A stretch of 64,000 nucleotides of DNA from Alphaproteobacteria bacterium (GCA_017535105.1 JAFXUI010000001.1:11207-75206); one strand, 5' to 3'. Numbered from the stretch's first letter, positions 39,028-49,646 are shown. Translations and numbers: made by a program. The notes: generated by a model not told the origin, from the sequence alone.

Positions 39028-39906
39028 ATGGCAAAATTTGGTCTTGGGCGTGGTCTTGACGATTTAGAAAAAGAAATTGGCGATGTGCCAAATATGTCTA
39101 TATTGACGGGCGCCGAACGTGTCGTTGTTCGTAAAATACCACTTTCACAAATTGGCGCGAACCCAAATCAGCCACGAAAAACTTTTTCAGATGATGAATT
39201 GTCTGATTTGGCGGCATCAATTCGCGAAAAGGGTGTGATTACACCAATTCTTTTGCGCAGTGTGGCCGGCAAGCCTTATATGTATGAAATTGTTGCTGGT
39301 GAACGCCGTTTTCGCGCAAGTAAATTAGCGGGCAAAACAGATATACCGGCAATAATAAAAACAATAACAAACGAAAACGCAATGGAAATTGCGTTGATTG
39401 AAAACGTTCAGCGCGAAAACCTGAATCCAATAGAAGAAGCAAACGCATATAAAAACCTTATGGAACAATGTCATTATGAATTGGCCGATGTTGTGCGTTT
39501 AATTGGTAAATCGGAAAGTTATATTCGTAATTCAATTCGTTTAACAGAATTACCAGCGTCTGTTCAAAAAATGGTCCAAGATGGCGATATCTCTGCTTCA
39601 CATGCGCGTACAATTGTTGTTGCCGATGATCCAGAAAAGTTGGCACACGAAATAAAAGATAAAAAGTTATCTGTGGCCGCAACAGATAAATTGGTACATA
39701 CAACCAAACGTTCTGCAAAAAGTCGGACATACGTGTCACACACAATCGATTCAAAAACATTGAAATCAATGGAGCAGGGCATATCCACCGCAATAGGTGC
39801 GCCCGTAAAAATTATCGAAAAGCGGGGTGGGGCGGGCCAGATAGTATTATCATTCGCATCGCGTAATGAACTGCATGAACTGGTTAAAAAACTTATCCAA
39901 AAGTAA
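39028..39906 (+). CDS. parB: Chromosome partitioning protein ParB (Spo0J)
   Basis: It has the ParB box (GERRFRAS) and a helix-turn-helix (IAxxxGKSESYIRNSIRL), and lies immediately downstream of parA. Confidence 0.93.
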   Translation: MAKFGLGRGLDDLEKEIGDVPNMSILTGAERVVVRKIPLSQIGANPNQPRKTFSDDELSDLAASIREKGVITPILLRSVAGKPYMYEIVAGERRFRASKLAGKTDIPAIIKTITNENAMEIALIENVQRENLNPIEEANAYKNLMEQCHYELADVVRLIGKSESYIRNSIRLTELPASVQKMVQDGDISASHARTIVVADDPEKLAHEIKDKKLSVAATDKLVHTTKRSAKSRTYVSHTIDSKTLKSMEQGISTAIGAPVKIIEKRGGAGQIVLSFASRNELHELVKKLIQK

Positions 39907-39920
39907 GCATAAAAAATACA

Positions 39921-39951
39921 AAAAAAACACCGGCAAAAGCCGGTGTTTTTA
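39921..39951. terminator. Palindromic bidirectional terminator (ACCGGCA family)
   Basis: aaaaaaaacaccggcaaaagccggtgttttt. Confidence 0.7.
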
Positions 39952-39964
39952 TACAATTAAATAA

Positions 39965-40384
39965 TTATTTAACTGTTGTTGTCGCGTTACGGTTCCATTT
40001 CCAAACTTTTTCGCCGGTACCTTGAACCAATGGACGTTCTTTACCATACGAAATTGTGGAAATACGTTTTCCGCTAACACCATCTTTGACGATGACGTTC
40101 TTGGCCGCGTTTGCACGACGTGCACCCAATGCCAAGTTGTATTCTGTTGAACCGCGTTCGTCGCAATTACCAGCAATCTGGATTTTGACGTTTTCGTGAT
40201 TCTTCATATACAAAGCCTGACCCAACAAGTTTGTGCGTGCTTCATCAGTGATTTCCGATGAATTGAACGCAAAGAACACGCGCTGATCATTCAAATCAGC
40301 AGGTTCTGTGATTTTTGATGAACCGCCGCAAGCCGCCAAGATAGCAGCAACGCCAGCCAACATAGCAAAGTTTTTGATTTTCAT
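39965..40384 (-). CDS. pal: Peptidoglycan-associated lipoprotein Pal (OmpA family)
   Basis: It has a lipoprotein signal (ILAACGG) and an OmpA-like domain (IQIAGNCDERGSTEYNLALGARRA...). No adjacent tolB is present in the window. Confidence 0.78.
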   Translation of the reverse strand: MKIKNFAMLAGVAAILAACGGSSKITEPADLNDQRVFFAFNSSEITDEARTNLLGQALYMKNHENVKIQIAGNCDERGSTEYNLALGARRANAAKNVIVKDGVSGKRISTISYGKERPLVQGTGEKVWKWNRNATTTVK

Positions 40385-40464
40385 GAAAATACTCCCTTGA
40401 GTTTTTGTTACTCGTGTTATACTTTATAACAACACAGCGTAAAAAGCAAGGAAAAACAAACAAA

Positions 40465-41217
40465 ATGGAACGCGAAGTACTGAAAGATTTAATATTGGCT
40501 GGGGTTCAATGGGAAATAAACGAAACGCCCAACATGCCAACATGCGCAAGTTTAACCCCCGTACAGACAAATCAAACCAAATCACACACCACAACAATTG
40601 TCCCACCGATTGCGCCAGTGCAAACAATTTCACAATCAACCGTTGTCGCGATGGCGGCGCGCCCAAATGATATTGATTCGTTGTGCCGTATGATTAGTGA
40701 ATTTAACCACCCTTTGCGCCGTGGTGCCACAAATGTCGTTTTGCCACATATTGCACCCAAACCAAATGGCGTTGTGATTATAACAGATATGCCTGGCGCG
40801 GACGATGATGCATCCGGTATCGTGCTTTCGGGGGCGGCGGGTGAAACAATTGATAAAATGTTGGCGGCAATTGAAATGTCGCGCAATTCGGTGTCTATTG
40901 TTCCAATGCTGTTTTGGCGCACCCCGGGTGGACGTACACCAACCGCCCAAGAATTAGAATTAGCGCGACCTTTTGTAAATCGAACACTGGAAATGCTGAA
41001 CCCGCGCGTGATATTAACACTTGGCACATTACCCGCAGATGCGTTTGGTAATGTCCAATTGGCCAAGGCTCACGGTGTGCCGGTGGATACATCATATGGC
41101 GCAAAACTTGTTCCGATATATCACCCAAATTATTTGGCATTAAAACCATCTGTGAAACGCGATGTATGGAACGCATTACAAAATATACAAAATTTGTTGA
41201 AAACAGTACAAAAATAA
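40465..41217 (+). CDS. Uracil-DNA glycosylase superfamily protein (family 4-like)
   Basis: It has conserved UDG-fold motifs (PGADDD...GETIDKML and HPNYL near the C-terminus). The ATG at 40465 has a Shine-Dalgarno (AAGGAAAAAC). The N-terminal 100 aa are of low complexity. Confidence 0.55.
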   Translation: MEREVLKDLILAGVQWEINETPNMPTCASLTPVQTNQTKSHTTTIVPPIAPVQTISQSTVVAMAARPNDIDSLCRMISEFNHPLRRGATNVVLPHIAPKPNGVVIITDMPGADDDASGIVLSGAAGETIDKMLAAIEMSRNSVSIVPMLFWRTPGGRTPTAQELELARPFVNRTLEMLNPRVILTLGTLPADAFGNVQLAKAHGVPVDTSYGAKLVPIYHPNYLALKPSVKRDVWNALQNIQNLLKTVQK

Positions 41218-41254
41218 TCAATAATCATATTCATAATAATAAAAGGAGCCTAAA

Positions 41255-41803
41255 ATTAAACCTGCTTTTAATCATGACAATCGTCGGGACATGGGTCCAC
41301 GTATGAATAACCGGATTTTTGCCAAATCTGTCCAGGTAATCACCGCTGACGGCAAAAACCTTGGGGTTATGCCAACCGAACAAGCATTACAAATCGCATC
41401 TGATGATGGCTTGGACTTGGTTGAAATCAATGCCACAAACGTTCCACCAATTGTAAAAATTATGGACTATGGCAAATTCAAGTATGATCAGAAAAAGCGC
41501 GCAAGCGAGGCTCGTAAAAATCAAAAAAATATCGAACTGAAAGAAGTATGGGTAAAACCATTTATCGAAGAAAACGATTTGAACATCAAAATGAAAAAGG
41601 TGTTTGAATTCTTGGATAATGGGAACAAGGTTAAAATCGCCGTTATGACCCATGGAAATAAAAAAGTTCTGGCGCGTGGCAAAGATGCAATTCCAGAATT
41701 ATTTGCACGTATTTTGGAAATCGTAAATGGACGTGCGACACTGGAATCAAAATCAAAGCCAGACGAACGTACAAAATCAATTATTATTGCGCCTGCAAAA
41801 TAA
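41255..41803 (+). CDS. infC: Translation initiation factor IF-3, probable AUU start codon
   Basis: It matches IF-3 along its length (KIMDYGKFKYDQKK..., the C-terminal domain). An in-frame ATT at 41255 lies 6 nt after AAGGAG (41243-41248) and immediately after an in-frame TAA, consistent with the conserved autoregulatory AUU start. The ORF track starts at an internal ATG (41291). Confidence 0.8.
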   Translation: MKPAFNHDNRRDMGPRMNNRIFAKSVQVITADGKNLGVMPTEQALQIASDDGLDLVEINATNVPPIVKIMDYGKFKYDQKKRASEARKNQKNIELKEVWVKPFIEENDLNIKMKKVFEFLDNGNKVKIAVMTHGNKKVLARGKDAIPELFARILEIVNGRATLESKSKPDERTKSIIIAPAK

Positions 41804-41806
41804 TGA

Positions 41807-41836
41807 AATAAACCGGACGAAATGTCCGGTTTTTTA
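41807..41836. terminator. Bidirectional terminator (variant palindrome)
   Basis: aataaaccggacgaaatgtccggtttttt lies between convergent infC and der. Confidence 0.65.
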
Positions 41837-43165
41837 ATCAAATGGATTTTCCGATTTTTTATATTCAATTATAATTGGCAATCTTTCCCATTTTAATGCG
41901 CCCGCAATTCCGCGCCGCAAATAGCGTGTATAAGATTCTGGAATATCAGACGCACCACCAACATTTATCGCGATTCGCATTGGGTGGTGCCCAACCTGGC
42001 GCGCAAACTTTATTTTCATTGGACGTTTCAAGCGCGACATTGGTGGCTGGCGTTCCGCAACCAATTTTTCAACGATGCGATTTAATAAACTTGTTGGCAC
42101 AGTGGCATTTGCCAAATCATATTGTTCATAAACGCGTTTGAACATATTTTGTACACCCGTACCCGTTTCCGCAGAAATTGCCAAAATTAGCGGTTTTATA
42201 ATCTGGTGGAAGGAGTTTGTAAATTGATGCTTTAACTTTAATAACTTGTCATCACGTAATTCTGGTTCGACCAAATCCCATTTATTCAACGCGACGCATA
42301 AAATTTTACCGGCATCATATACACGCCCTGCAATCCCTAGTGCCTGATTTTCAATATCACGTGTGGCATCAACCATTAAAATAACAACATCGGCCTTGTC
42401 AATTGCGTCCAGTGACTTCAATGCTGATAACGTTTCCACGTCGTCAGTCACCCCCGCTTTACGTCGCAAACCCGCCGTATCCATCAAAACAATATCGCGG
42501 CCATAAAATGTCGTTGGTATTTTGACCGTATCACGCGTAATACCAGGTGCATCTTCGACAATTTGCCGTTTTTCGCCCAGAACACGATTTACAAAAGTCG
42601 ACTTACCAACATTTGGTTGGCCCAAAACCGCGATTTTTATGCGTTCGGAATCACCGGTGTTTGCCGGCTTTTTTTCGTCTTTTTCGCCCGCAATTTTATC
42701 CATAAATTCATATATCGAATCGAAACCACGTTTATGTTCCGCAGAAACCAAAACCGGTTCACCAAACCCCAATTTATAAAAATCATTTATATCCGCCAGG
42801 CGTGCCGCCGATTCGGCCTTATTCACTAATAACAAAACAGGTGCCTTGGTTTTACGATGTACCGTACGCGACCAATCAAGGTCTTCATTTGTTATACCAA
42901 CGCGCCCATCAACGACAAATAATACAGCATCGGCCGTTGCAATCGCGCCAATTGCCATATCGGTCGAATCGTGCGCAATTCCGGTCTTGGCATTTTCAAG
43001 TCCCGCCGTATCAGTTATTTCATAATCACGATTTTGGACGATACCAGAAACACAGTCGCGCGTAACACCCGGCCGGTCGTGAACCAGCGCATCACGCGTA
43101 TTTGTCAGTCCATTAAACAAAGTCGACTTACCCGTATTGGGCCGTCCTGCTATTACTATTTTCAT
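41834..43165 (-). CDS. der: Ribosome-associated GTPase Der (EngA), double G-domain
   Basis: It has two GTPase domains (GRPNTGKSTLFN and GQPNVGKSTFVN) and a KH-like C-terminus. The real start is probably MKIVIAG at 43165; the ORF track extension to 43252 is unlikely. Confidence 0.9.
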   Translation of the reverse strand: MKIVIAGRPNTGKSTLFNGLTNTRDALVHDRPGVTRDCVSGIVQNRDYEITDTAGLENAKTGIAHDSTDMAIGAIATADAVLFVVDGRVGITNEDLDWSRTVHRKTKAPVLLLVNKAESAARLADINDFYKLGFGEPVLVSAEHKRGFDSIYEFMDKIAGEKDEKKPANTGDSERIKIAVLGQPNVGKSTFVNRVLGEKRQIVEDAPGITRDTVKIPTTFYGRDIVLMDTAGLRRKAGVTDDVETLSALKSLDAIDKADVVILMVDATRDIENQALGIAGRVYDAGKILCVALNKWDLVEPELRDDKLLKLKHQFTNSFHQIIKPLILAISAETGTGVQNMFKRVYEQYDLANATVPTSLLNRIVEKLVAERQPPMSRLKRPMKIKFARQVGHHPMRIAINVGGASDIPESYTRYLRRGIAGALKWERLPIIIEYKKSENPFD

Positions 43166-43235
43166 ATCATTTTCTCGTTGCTTTTTTGCAATTATAAAGC
43201 AAAAATATAAATAATCAAACAAAGGAAGCAACCAC

Positions 43236-43835
43236 ATGAAGAAAAAGACCACAACAACACGTCAAAATCACTTTTGGGACATCATCGTCAATCCAAAGCG
43301 TTACTTTACGAAAATCGTTGCGGACGGTAATTTGGACGAATCCATGTTCAAGGCGTTTATCTATGGCCTTATTGGTGGGTGTTTGGTGTTGGGTATTCGT
43401 TTGTTGGGTGGCGCAACAATAACGATTGGCGCGGTATTTACTGCAATTGTTATTATGCCGGTTTTGGCGGTTGCATTGCTGTTTGTTTGTGGTGGACTGC
43501 TTATGCTGGTATCTGAAATAACCGGTGGTGAACGTGATTGGGAAATCGCGATTAAGGGGTTGGCATCAATTATGTTCATTTATCCAACAATCTTGGTGTT
43601 AAACGCGTTGGCATTTAACTGCACGACTCTTTGGATAATCAGTATGCTGTGCGATACCTATTTAATGTTCCTTTTTTACAACATTGGCGTATATTGTATG
43701 CGTGGCAAAAAGTCCAATGTTATATTGGTTGTCGCGATGTTGGGACTGTTTATGGCAACGGTGTACATGACCAACTATCGTATCGGCTGGTTTATGCTTA
43801 AAAATGCCAGTGCAGCCTTGGCTTGTTTGATATAA
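43236..43835 (+). CDS. Polytopic membrane protein of unknown function (Yip1-like?)
   Basis: It has five or more predicted transmembrane helices and a good Shine-Dalgarno (AAAGGAAG) 8 nt upstream. Confidence 0.45.
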   Translation: MKKKTTTTRQNHFWDIIVNPKRYFTKIVADGNLDESMFKAFIYGLIGGCLVLGIRLLGGATITIGAVFTAIVIMPVLAVALLFVCGGLLMLVSEITGGERDWEIAIKGLASIMFIYPTILVLNALAFNCTTLWIISMLCDTYLMFLFYNIGVYCMRGKKSNVILVVAMLGLFMATVYMTNYRIGWFMLKNASAALACLI

Positions 43836-43852
43836 AAAACCAACGATTTTAT

Positions 43853-43880
43853 TTGCAAACATTGAAATATGCTTTATAAT
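43853..43880 (+). promoter_or_regulatory. Sigma-70-like promoter for pnp (TTGCAA-16-TATAAT)
   Basis: ttgcaa (43853-43858), a 16 nt spacer, then tataat (43875-43880). A leader of about 120 nt precedes the pnp ATG. Confidence 0.5.
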
Positions 43881-44006
43881 CGCTTTCGGCGGGGGGTAAA
43901 TTGTTCCTTTTTGTGCTTAGACCAGAGTACAAAAACGAATGATTTTTCTCCGTCACAAGAACTTACAAATAATGAATAAATTAACAAAAATACAGGAGTA
44001 AACGAT

Positions 44007-46169
44007 ATGTTATTCGGTTTATTAAATAAAGACGGAAAAACACATTTGAATAATCCAGTCGTGGTTGAGGTCCAATATGGTGACGAAACACTGCGTTTGG
44101 AAACAGGCCGTATGGCGAAACAGGCAAACGGCGCGGTTTTGGCAACAATGGGTGGAACAATGGTTTTGGCAACTGTGTGTGCCGAAAAGACCGCTGTTGA
44201 GGGCCAAGATTTCTTTCCATTGACCGTTGATTATCAAGAAAAATTTGCCTCTGCTGGACGTATTCCGGGTTCACGCGACAGACGCGAAGGCAAGGCATCA
44301 ACATCGGAAACATTGATTGCGCGTTTAATCGATCGTCCAATTCGTCCTTTGTTCCCAGAAACATTCAAGAACAAGGTTCAGATTATCGCACAAACATTTT
44401 CATACGATAAAAAGAATCAACCAGACATCGTTGCAATGATTGCGTCAAGCGCGGCATTGGCTTTGTCGGGCGTTCCATTTGCGGGCCCAATTGGTGCGGC
44501 ACGTGTTGGTTATGCTGATGGCAAATACATTTTGAACCCATCGAAAAAAGCAACCGAAGAATCTGAAATGGATTTGGTTGTTGCTGCAACCAAAGACGGT
44601 GTTTTGATGGTTGAATCTGAAATTGGTGAATTAGATGAAGCAACAACGTTGGGTGCGGTTAAATTTGGTTTTGACGCACAACAAACTGTTATTGCAGCAA
44701 TCAACGAATTGACCGAAAAGGCGGGTAAAGAACGCTGGGCAACACCTGAAAAGTCCGCAGAATATGTTGCAATGGAAAAAGATTTCGAACAATATGCGGG
44801 ACAAATCGAAGAAGCCTTGCAAATCAAAGAAAAATTGACTCGTTTGGAAACATTGGCGAATATTCATGCGTTGGCTAAAACACGTATCCCAGAATTGTTC
44901 CCAGAAACAACAACTGCAACATCAACATTGGAATCGGCCGCCGATGAAATTATCGAAGGTATTACTGCACGTATTATGCGTGGTAACATCTTGGCTGGCA
45001 AACCACGTATTGATGGACGTGATACAAAAACAGTTCGTCCAATTGAAATTGAATTGGGCGTTTTGCCACGCGCACACGGTTCTGCGTTGTTCACACGTGG
45101 TGAAACCCAGGCTTTGGTTTCATTGACATTGGGTGGCAGCAAAGATGCATTACCAATCGAAAGTTTGGACGGAACCGAAGAACGCGACTTTATTTTGAAC
45201 TATAACTTCCCAGGTTATTCTGTTGGTGAAGCCAAGGGTTTAAAATCGCCTGGTCGTCGTGAATTGGGTCATGGTAATTTGGCATGGCGTGCATTGCACC
45301 CAATGGTGCCAAGCCGTGAAAAGTTTGATTACGTTATCCGCGTTGTATCGGATATTTTGGAATCAAATGGTTCGTCATCAATGGCAACAACATGCGGTGC
45401 AACACTCGCTATGATGGACGGTGGCGTACCACTTACACGTCCGGTTGCTGGTATCGCAATGGGCCTTATCAAAGAAGGTGACGACTATGCGATTTTGACC
45501 GATATTTTGGGTGACGAAGATCACTTGGGCGACATGGATTTCAAGGTAACCGGTACCGATCGTGGTATTACCGCGTTACAGATGGATATTAAAATCACAT
45601 CCATTACATTTGAAATCATGGAACACGCTTTGGCCCAGGCAAAAGACGGACGTATGCACATCTTGGGTAAAATTGAAAAAGCGATTAAGGCACCACGTAA
45701 AAACGTGTCTGAATTCGCACCCCAGGCATACACAATGAAAATCAATCCAGACAAAGTCCGTGATGTTATCGGCAAGGGTGGCTCGGTTATCCAGGCATTG
45801 ACCCGCGATACAAACACAACAATTGATTTGGACGATGATGGCAATGTTAAAATCATGGCAACAACCCGTGAAGATGCTGATGCCGCAATCGCACGTATCA
45901 AAGACATTGTTGCAGAACCCGAAGTTGGTGAAATCTATGAAGGTGTCGTATCGGGCATCAAAGACTTTGGTTTGTTCGTGAAAATCTTGAACGGTTTTGA
46001 ATCAATGGTTCACATTTCGGAAATCACTGGTGAACGCATTGCAAAAATCGAAGATACCAAAATCAAAGAAGGCGACAAAGTATTTGTAAAATATCTTGGC
46101 GCTGACAAACGTGGCAAAACACGTATGTCGATGGTTGGTATCGATCAAAAGACCGGTAAAGAAAAATAA
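44007..46169 (+). CDS. pnp: Polyribonucleotide nucleotidyltransferase (PNPase)
   Basis: It has two RNase PH domains and KH and S1 C-terminal domains (720 aa), conserved throughout. Confidence 0.96.
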   Translation: MLFGLLNKDGKTHLNNPVVVEVQYGDETLRLETGRMAKQANGAVLATMGGTMVLATVCAEKTAVEGQDFFPLTVDYQEKFASAGRIPGSRDRREGKASTSETLIARLIDRPIRPLFPETFKNKVQIIAQTFSYDKKNQPDIVAMIASSAALALSGVPFAGPIGAARVGYADGKYILNPSKKATEESEMDLVVAATKDGVLMVESEIGELDEATTLGAVKFGFDAQQTVIAAINELTEKAGKERWATPEKSAEYVAMEKDFEQYAGQIEEALQIKEKLTRLETLANIHALAKTRIPELFPETTTATSTLESAADEIIEGITARIMRGNILAGKPRIDGRDTKTVRPIEIELGVLPRAHGSALFTRGETQALVSLTLGGSKDALPIESLDGTEERDFILNYNFPGYSVGEAKGLKSPGRRELGHGNLAWRALHPMVPSREKFDYVIRVVSDILESNGSSSMATTCGATLAMMDGGVPLTRPVAGIAMGLIKEGDDYAILTDILGDEDHLGDMDFKVTGTDRGITALQMDIKITSITFEIMEHALAQAKDGRMHILGKIEKAIKAPRKNVSEFAPQAYTMKINPDKVRDVIGKGGSVIQALTRDTNTTIDLDDDGNVKIMATTREDADAAIARIKDIVAEPEVGEIYEGVVSGIKDFGLFVKILNGFESMVHISEITGERIAKIEDTKIKEGDKVFVKYLGADKRGKTRMSMVGIDQKTGKEK

Positions 46170-46233
46170 GTAAATAAAATTGTGCCTTGGTTTTTATCAA
46201 GGCACAATTAAACTAAAAAAGCGGGGTATCAAA

Positions 46234-46587
46234 ATGGAAAATCGTATCAATTGGTCCGACCAAGATTGGGCAAAACACTTGGGTATCGAAGTCAAAGATT
46301 TGCCACGTGTGCGTAATTTTGTGAATGATAATTATGATGTGACAACTGTACGCAACCAAATAACAAACAAATATTCTGTTGCGTTGTATAAATATCATAA
46401 ATCACCATCTGGATTCAAAACATTGCAACTTATGGCGACAGCAAGCAAAGAATTCACAGAATCTGCCCAAGCGATAAAATTTGCAAACGAAAACTTTTTA
46501 TCCACACTGGAAATGGACGATAACTGGGCAAAATCGGTAAACATGCCAAAACGTGCGCTTCAATTGTTATCTATAAGGGAGAGATAA
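46234..46587 (+). CDS. Hypothetical protein (117 aa)
   Basis: It is an ORF between pnp and ybaB. I recognise no family. Its start is inferred (ATG at 46234; the track uses an upstream GTG). Confidence 0.35.
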   Translation: MENRINWSDQDWAKHLGIEVKDLPRVRNFVNDNYDVTTVRNQITNKYSVALYKYHKSPSGFKTLQLMATASKEFTESAQAIKFANENFLSTLEMDDNWAKSVNMPKRALQLLSIRER

Positions 46588-46589
46588 GA

Positions 46590-46889
46590 ATGGAAATGCA
46601 AGATTTAATGGTCCAGGCCCAGCAATTACAATCTAAGGTTGCCGCGGCCCAGGAACAATTGGCAAAAACGACTGTGCGTGGTATTGCATCGGGCGGTGCA
46701 TGCATTGTTGAAATGACGGGCAAATATGATTTTCTGTCGATTAAATTACGCGAAGATATATCGGCGCGCAATTCTGATGAAATCGCGGATATCGTTTTGG
46801 CCGCATTAAAAGATGCCAAGGCCAAGGCTGACGCGATTATCGATGATGTTATGGGCGCAGCAACCGCCGGCATGCCATTACCAGAATAA
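46590..46889 (+). CDS. ybaB: Nucleoid-associated protein YbaB/EbfC
   Basis: MQDLMVQAQQLQSKV...GGACIVEMTGKYDF...GMPLPE matches the YbaB family pattern. Confidence 0.85.
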   Translation: MEMQDLMVQAQQLQSKVAAAQEQLAKTTVRGIASGGACIVEMTGKYDFLSIKLREDISARNSDEIADIVLAALKDAKAKADAIIDDVMGAATAGMPLPE

Positions 46890-46910
46890 ATTTTATTTGT
46901 GGGGGATAAT

Positions 46911-47111
46911 ATGGAAGAAAATAAATTATCATTTGAAGAAGCATACAAACAACTTTCCGAACTTGTTAAAAAAATGGAATCGGGCGAATTGTCTTTGGCT
47001 GATTCTGTTGCCGCATATGAACAGGGAATTAAACTGAAAGCATATTGCGAACAAATGCTGAAAGAAGCAGAATTGAAAATAGAAACATTGAAAGTTTCAT
47101 CACAACAATAA
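46911..47111 (+). CDS. xseB: Exodeoxyribonuclease VII small subunit
   Basis: LSFEEAYKQLSELVKKMESGELSLADSVAAYEQGIKLKAYCEQML matches the XseB helical hairpin consensus. Confidence 0.72.
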   Translation: MEENKLSFEEAYKQLSELVKKMESGELSLADSVAAYEQGIKLKAYCEQMLKEAELKIETLKVSSQQ

Positions 47112-47123
47112 CGGAAAAATTCA

Positions 47124-49643
47124 GTGGCCGAAAAAAATAAATTATCGCCCGTAATGCAACAGTACGTTGACATGAAATCGGAAAATCCCGATGCTCTGTT
47201 GATGTTTCGCTTGGGCGATTTTTATGAGGCTTTTTTTGATGACGCCAAAACCGTCAGTGAAAAATTAGGACTTGTTTTAACATCGCGTGGCTCGGACGGT
47301 GATGGTGAAAATATCCCTATGTGCGGAATTCCGTGGCATGCCGCTGATAATTATTTTGGTCGTTTGGTTCGTGCTGGTTATAAACTTGCGCTTGTTGAAC
47401 AAATGGAAACCCCGGCCGAAGCAAAAGCACGTGGGCATAAATATATAGATCGTCGTGTTATACGCGTCCTTACCCCCGGCACACTTACAGACGAAAGTTT
47501 ATTAAATCCAAAAACATCTAATTTCTTGGTCGCTGTTGCACCAATGGATAACGGCGCGTTTGATATCGCGGGTTGTGATATTTCAACGGGCGAATTTTTC
47601 ATTGGAACATCGAACGATTTAATTGACGATATGGTGCGCGTTGCGCCCGCTGAAATAATTTACCCATATAATTCGGCGGAAAGCGATGTAATCATGCACA
47701 TACGCGACATTTTCAAGACAACACCAGTATATGAAAAAATGTATGTGCGTTCCGACATCGGTTTAATTGTATCGCGCGTATTTGGTGGCGCAATTGACAG
47801 TAACGCGAAAGATACCCATAACGCAATTTGTTTGTTGGCGGGTTATCTATTCAACACACAACGCGGTGCCGAAATCACATTCCGTGCACCACACGAATTT
47901 AATTCGGGTCGACAATTATTGATTGATTCTGCAACTTGGAAAAGTTTGGAAATTGATGCACCAATAAATGATGGTGGTATATGTTTGCTGGACGTAATCG
48001 ACAAAACAAAAACCGCCGCTGGTGCGCGTAAATTGCGCGGATACCTGCGTTCACTTTCCGCAGATATAAATGTTATTCATGCGCGCCAAGAACACATTTC
48101 ACATTTGGTTATAAATCAAAATGTTTCTGGCTTGGTTGCGGCAACATTGGAATCATTGCCCGATGTTGGACGTTCTTTATCGCGCTTGTTGTCGGGTCGT
48201 GGTACACCACGCGATATGAAACACATTTGCGACTTTTTAACAGAATTACCAAACGCAAAAATGTTGGCAACAAAACTTGATGCGGGAATGTCGCAACGTT
48301 TTGCCGAAATAAATACACATGATGATTTGGCGTTGGAATTGCGTTCCGCATTGGCGGACGAATTACCAACTTTCTTTCGTGACGGCGGTGTAATTCGTGA
48401 CGGGTTTAATCTGGCATTGGATAATATGCGCGGACTTTCACATGGGGCGCGTGAAACTATTGCGGGGCTACAGGCAAAATACGCCACCGACACCGGCATA
48501 CATACATTGAAAATAAAATATAACAATATACTTGGGTATTTTATTGAGGTTCCGTCCGCCCGGGCCGATGTTATGATGGCGGCTGATTCTGGCTTTATAC
48601 ATCGTCAGACAATGGCGGGCAATGTGCGCTTTACAACCGAACAACTTATCAATCTTGATAACGATGTTCGCAACGCCGCGGAAAAAGCGTCCGGCATTGA
48701 ATCTGAAATCGTCACAGATTTAATTGATAAAATCCGTGATATCGCAGACAGTATCCTTGCCACCGCCGACTTGTTGGCAGAATTGGACACATGGTATGCG
48801 TTGTCGCGTTGCGCCGCCGAATATAATTGGGTTTGCCCCGATATAACAAACGATAATGCGTTTGATGTTATTGGTGGTCGTCACCCGGTTATCGAATATG
48901 CACTTCGTAAAAATGGTGACGCATTTGTTAAAAACGATTGTAATTTAAATGTTCACCCGATTGCGTTATTAACCGGTCCAAATATGGCGGGTAAATCAAC
49001 ATACCTGCGCCAGAACGCACTGATTGTTGTATTGGCTCATCTTGGGTCTTTTGTGCCGGCAACGCGTGCCACGATCGGTATTTGTGACCAGTTATTCAGT
49101 CGTGTTGGTGCGTCCGATAACTTGGCTGCGGGCCAATCAACATTTATGGTTGAAATGCAGGAAACCGCGAACATCTTGCGCCGCGCAACCACCGCATCAT
49201 TTATCATATTCGACGAAATAGGGCGCGGAACTGCGACATTTGACGGTATGGCAATTGCCCAGGCGGTGTTGGAATATATGAATACAATGCGCGCACGCAC
49301 ACTTTTCGCGACACACTATCACGAATTGACGGCATTGGTTGGTGATGACAAATTACAAAACGTTGCGTGTTTAACAATTGATGTGCGCGAACACAACAAC
49401 GAAATTATCTTTATGCATAAAATCATAAATGGCGTGGCAAGTCGTTCATACGGTATTCACGTTGCACGCATGGCGGGCATGCCGGACGCGGTTGTAAAAC
49501 GCGCAGACGCGGTACTCTCGGAACTTGAATCACGCGAACCAACAACCGCCGTTGTTGCACCTGCGCCAACAACACAACCAAAAAAGCAAACAAACGTTTC
49601 ATCACCAAACGCAAACACAACCCAATTAAATTTGTTTGGATAG
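47124..49643 (+). CDS. mutS: DNA mismatch repair protein MutS
   Basis: It has the N-terminal mismatch-binding motif (TPVMQQY...FYEAFFDDA), the Walker A motif GPNMAGKSTYLRQ, and conserved domains throughout. Confidence 0.96.
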   Translation: MAEKNKLSPVMQQYVDMKSENPDALLMFRLGDFYEAFFDDAKTVSEKLGLVLTSRGSDGDGENIPMCGIPWHAADNYFGRLVRAGYKLALVEQMETPAEAKARGHKYIDRRVIRVLTPGTLTDESLLNPKTSNFLVAVAPMDNGAFDIAGCDISTGEFFIGTSNDLIDDMVRVAPAEIIYPYNSAESDVIMHIRDIFKTTPVYEKMYVRSDIGLIVSRVFGGAIDSNAKDTHNAICLLAGYLFNTQRGAEITFRAPHEFNSGRQLLIDSATWKSLEIDAPINDGGICLLDVIDKTKTAAGARKLRGYLRSLSADINVIHARQEHISHLVINQNVSGLVAATLESLPDVGRSLSRLLSGRGTPRDMKHICDFLTELPNAKMLATKLDAGMSQRFAEINTHDDLALELRSALADELPTFFRDGGVIRDGFNLALDNMRGLSHGARETIAGLQAKYATDTGIHTLKIKYNNILGYFIEVPSARADVMMAADSGFIHRQTMAGNVRFTTEQLINLDNDVRNAAEKASGIESEIVTDLIDKIRDIADSILATADLLAELDTWYALSRCAAEYNWVCPDITNDNAFDVIGGRHPVIEYALRKNGDAFVKNDCNLNVHPIALLTGPNMAGKSTYLRQNALIVVLAHLGSFVPATRATIGICDQLFSRVGASDNLAAGQSTFMVEMQETANILRRATTASFIIFDEIGRGTATFDGMAIAQAVLEYMNTMRARTLFATHYHELTALVGDDKLQNVACLTIDVREHNNEIIFMHKIINGVASRSYGIHVARMAGMPDAVVKRADAVLSELESREPTTAVVAPAPTTQPKKQTNVSSPNANTTQLNLFG

Positions 49644-49646
49644 AAT

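Noticed and set aside
46571-47173. 200 aa minus-strand ORF spanning ybaB and xseB
   Set aside because: It is antisense to two well-supported small genes and has a low-complexity Ser/Ala/Ile-rich translation.
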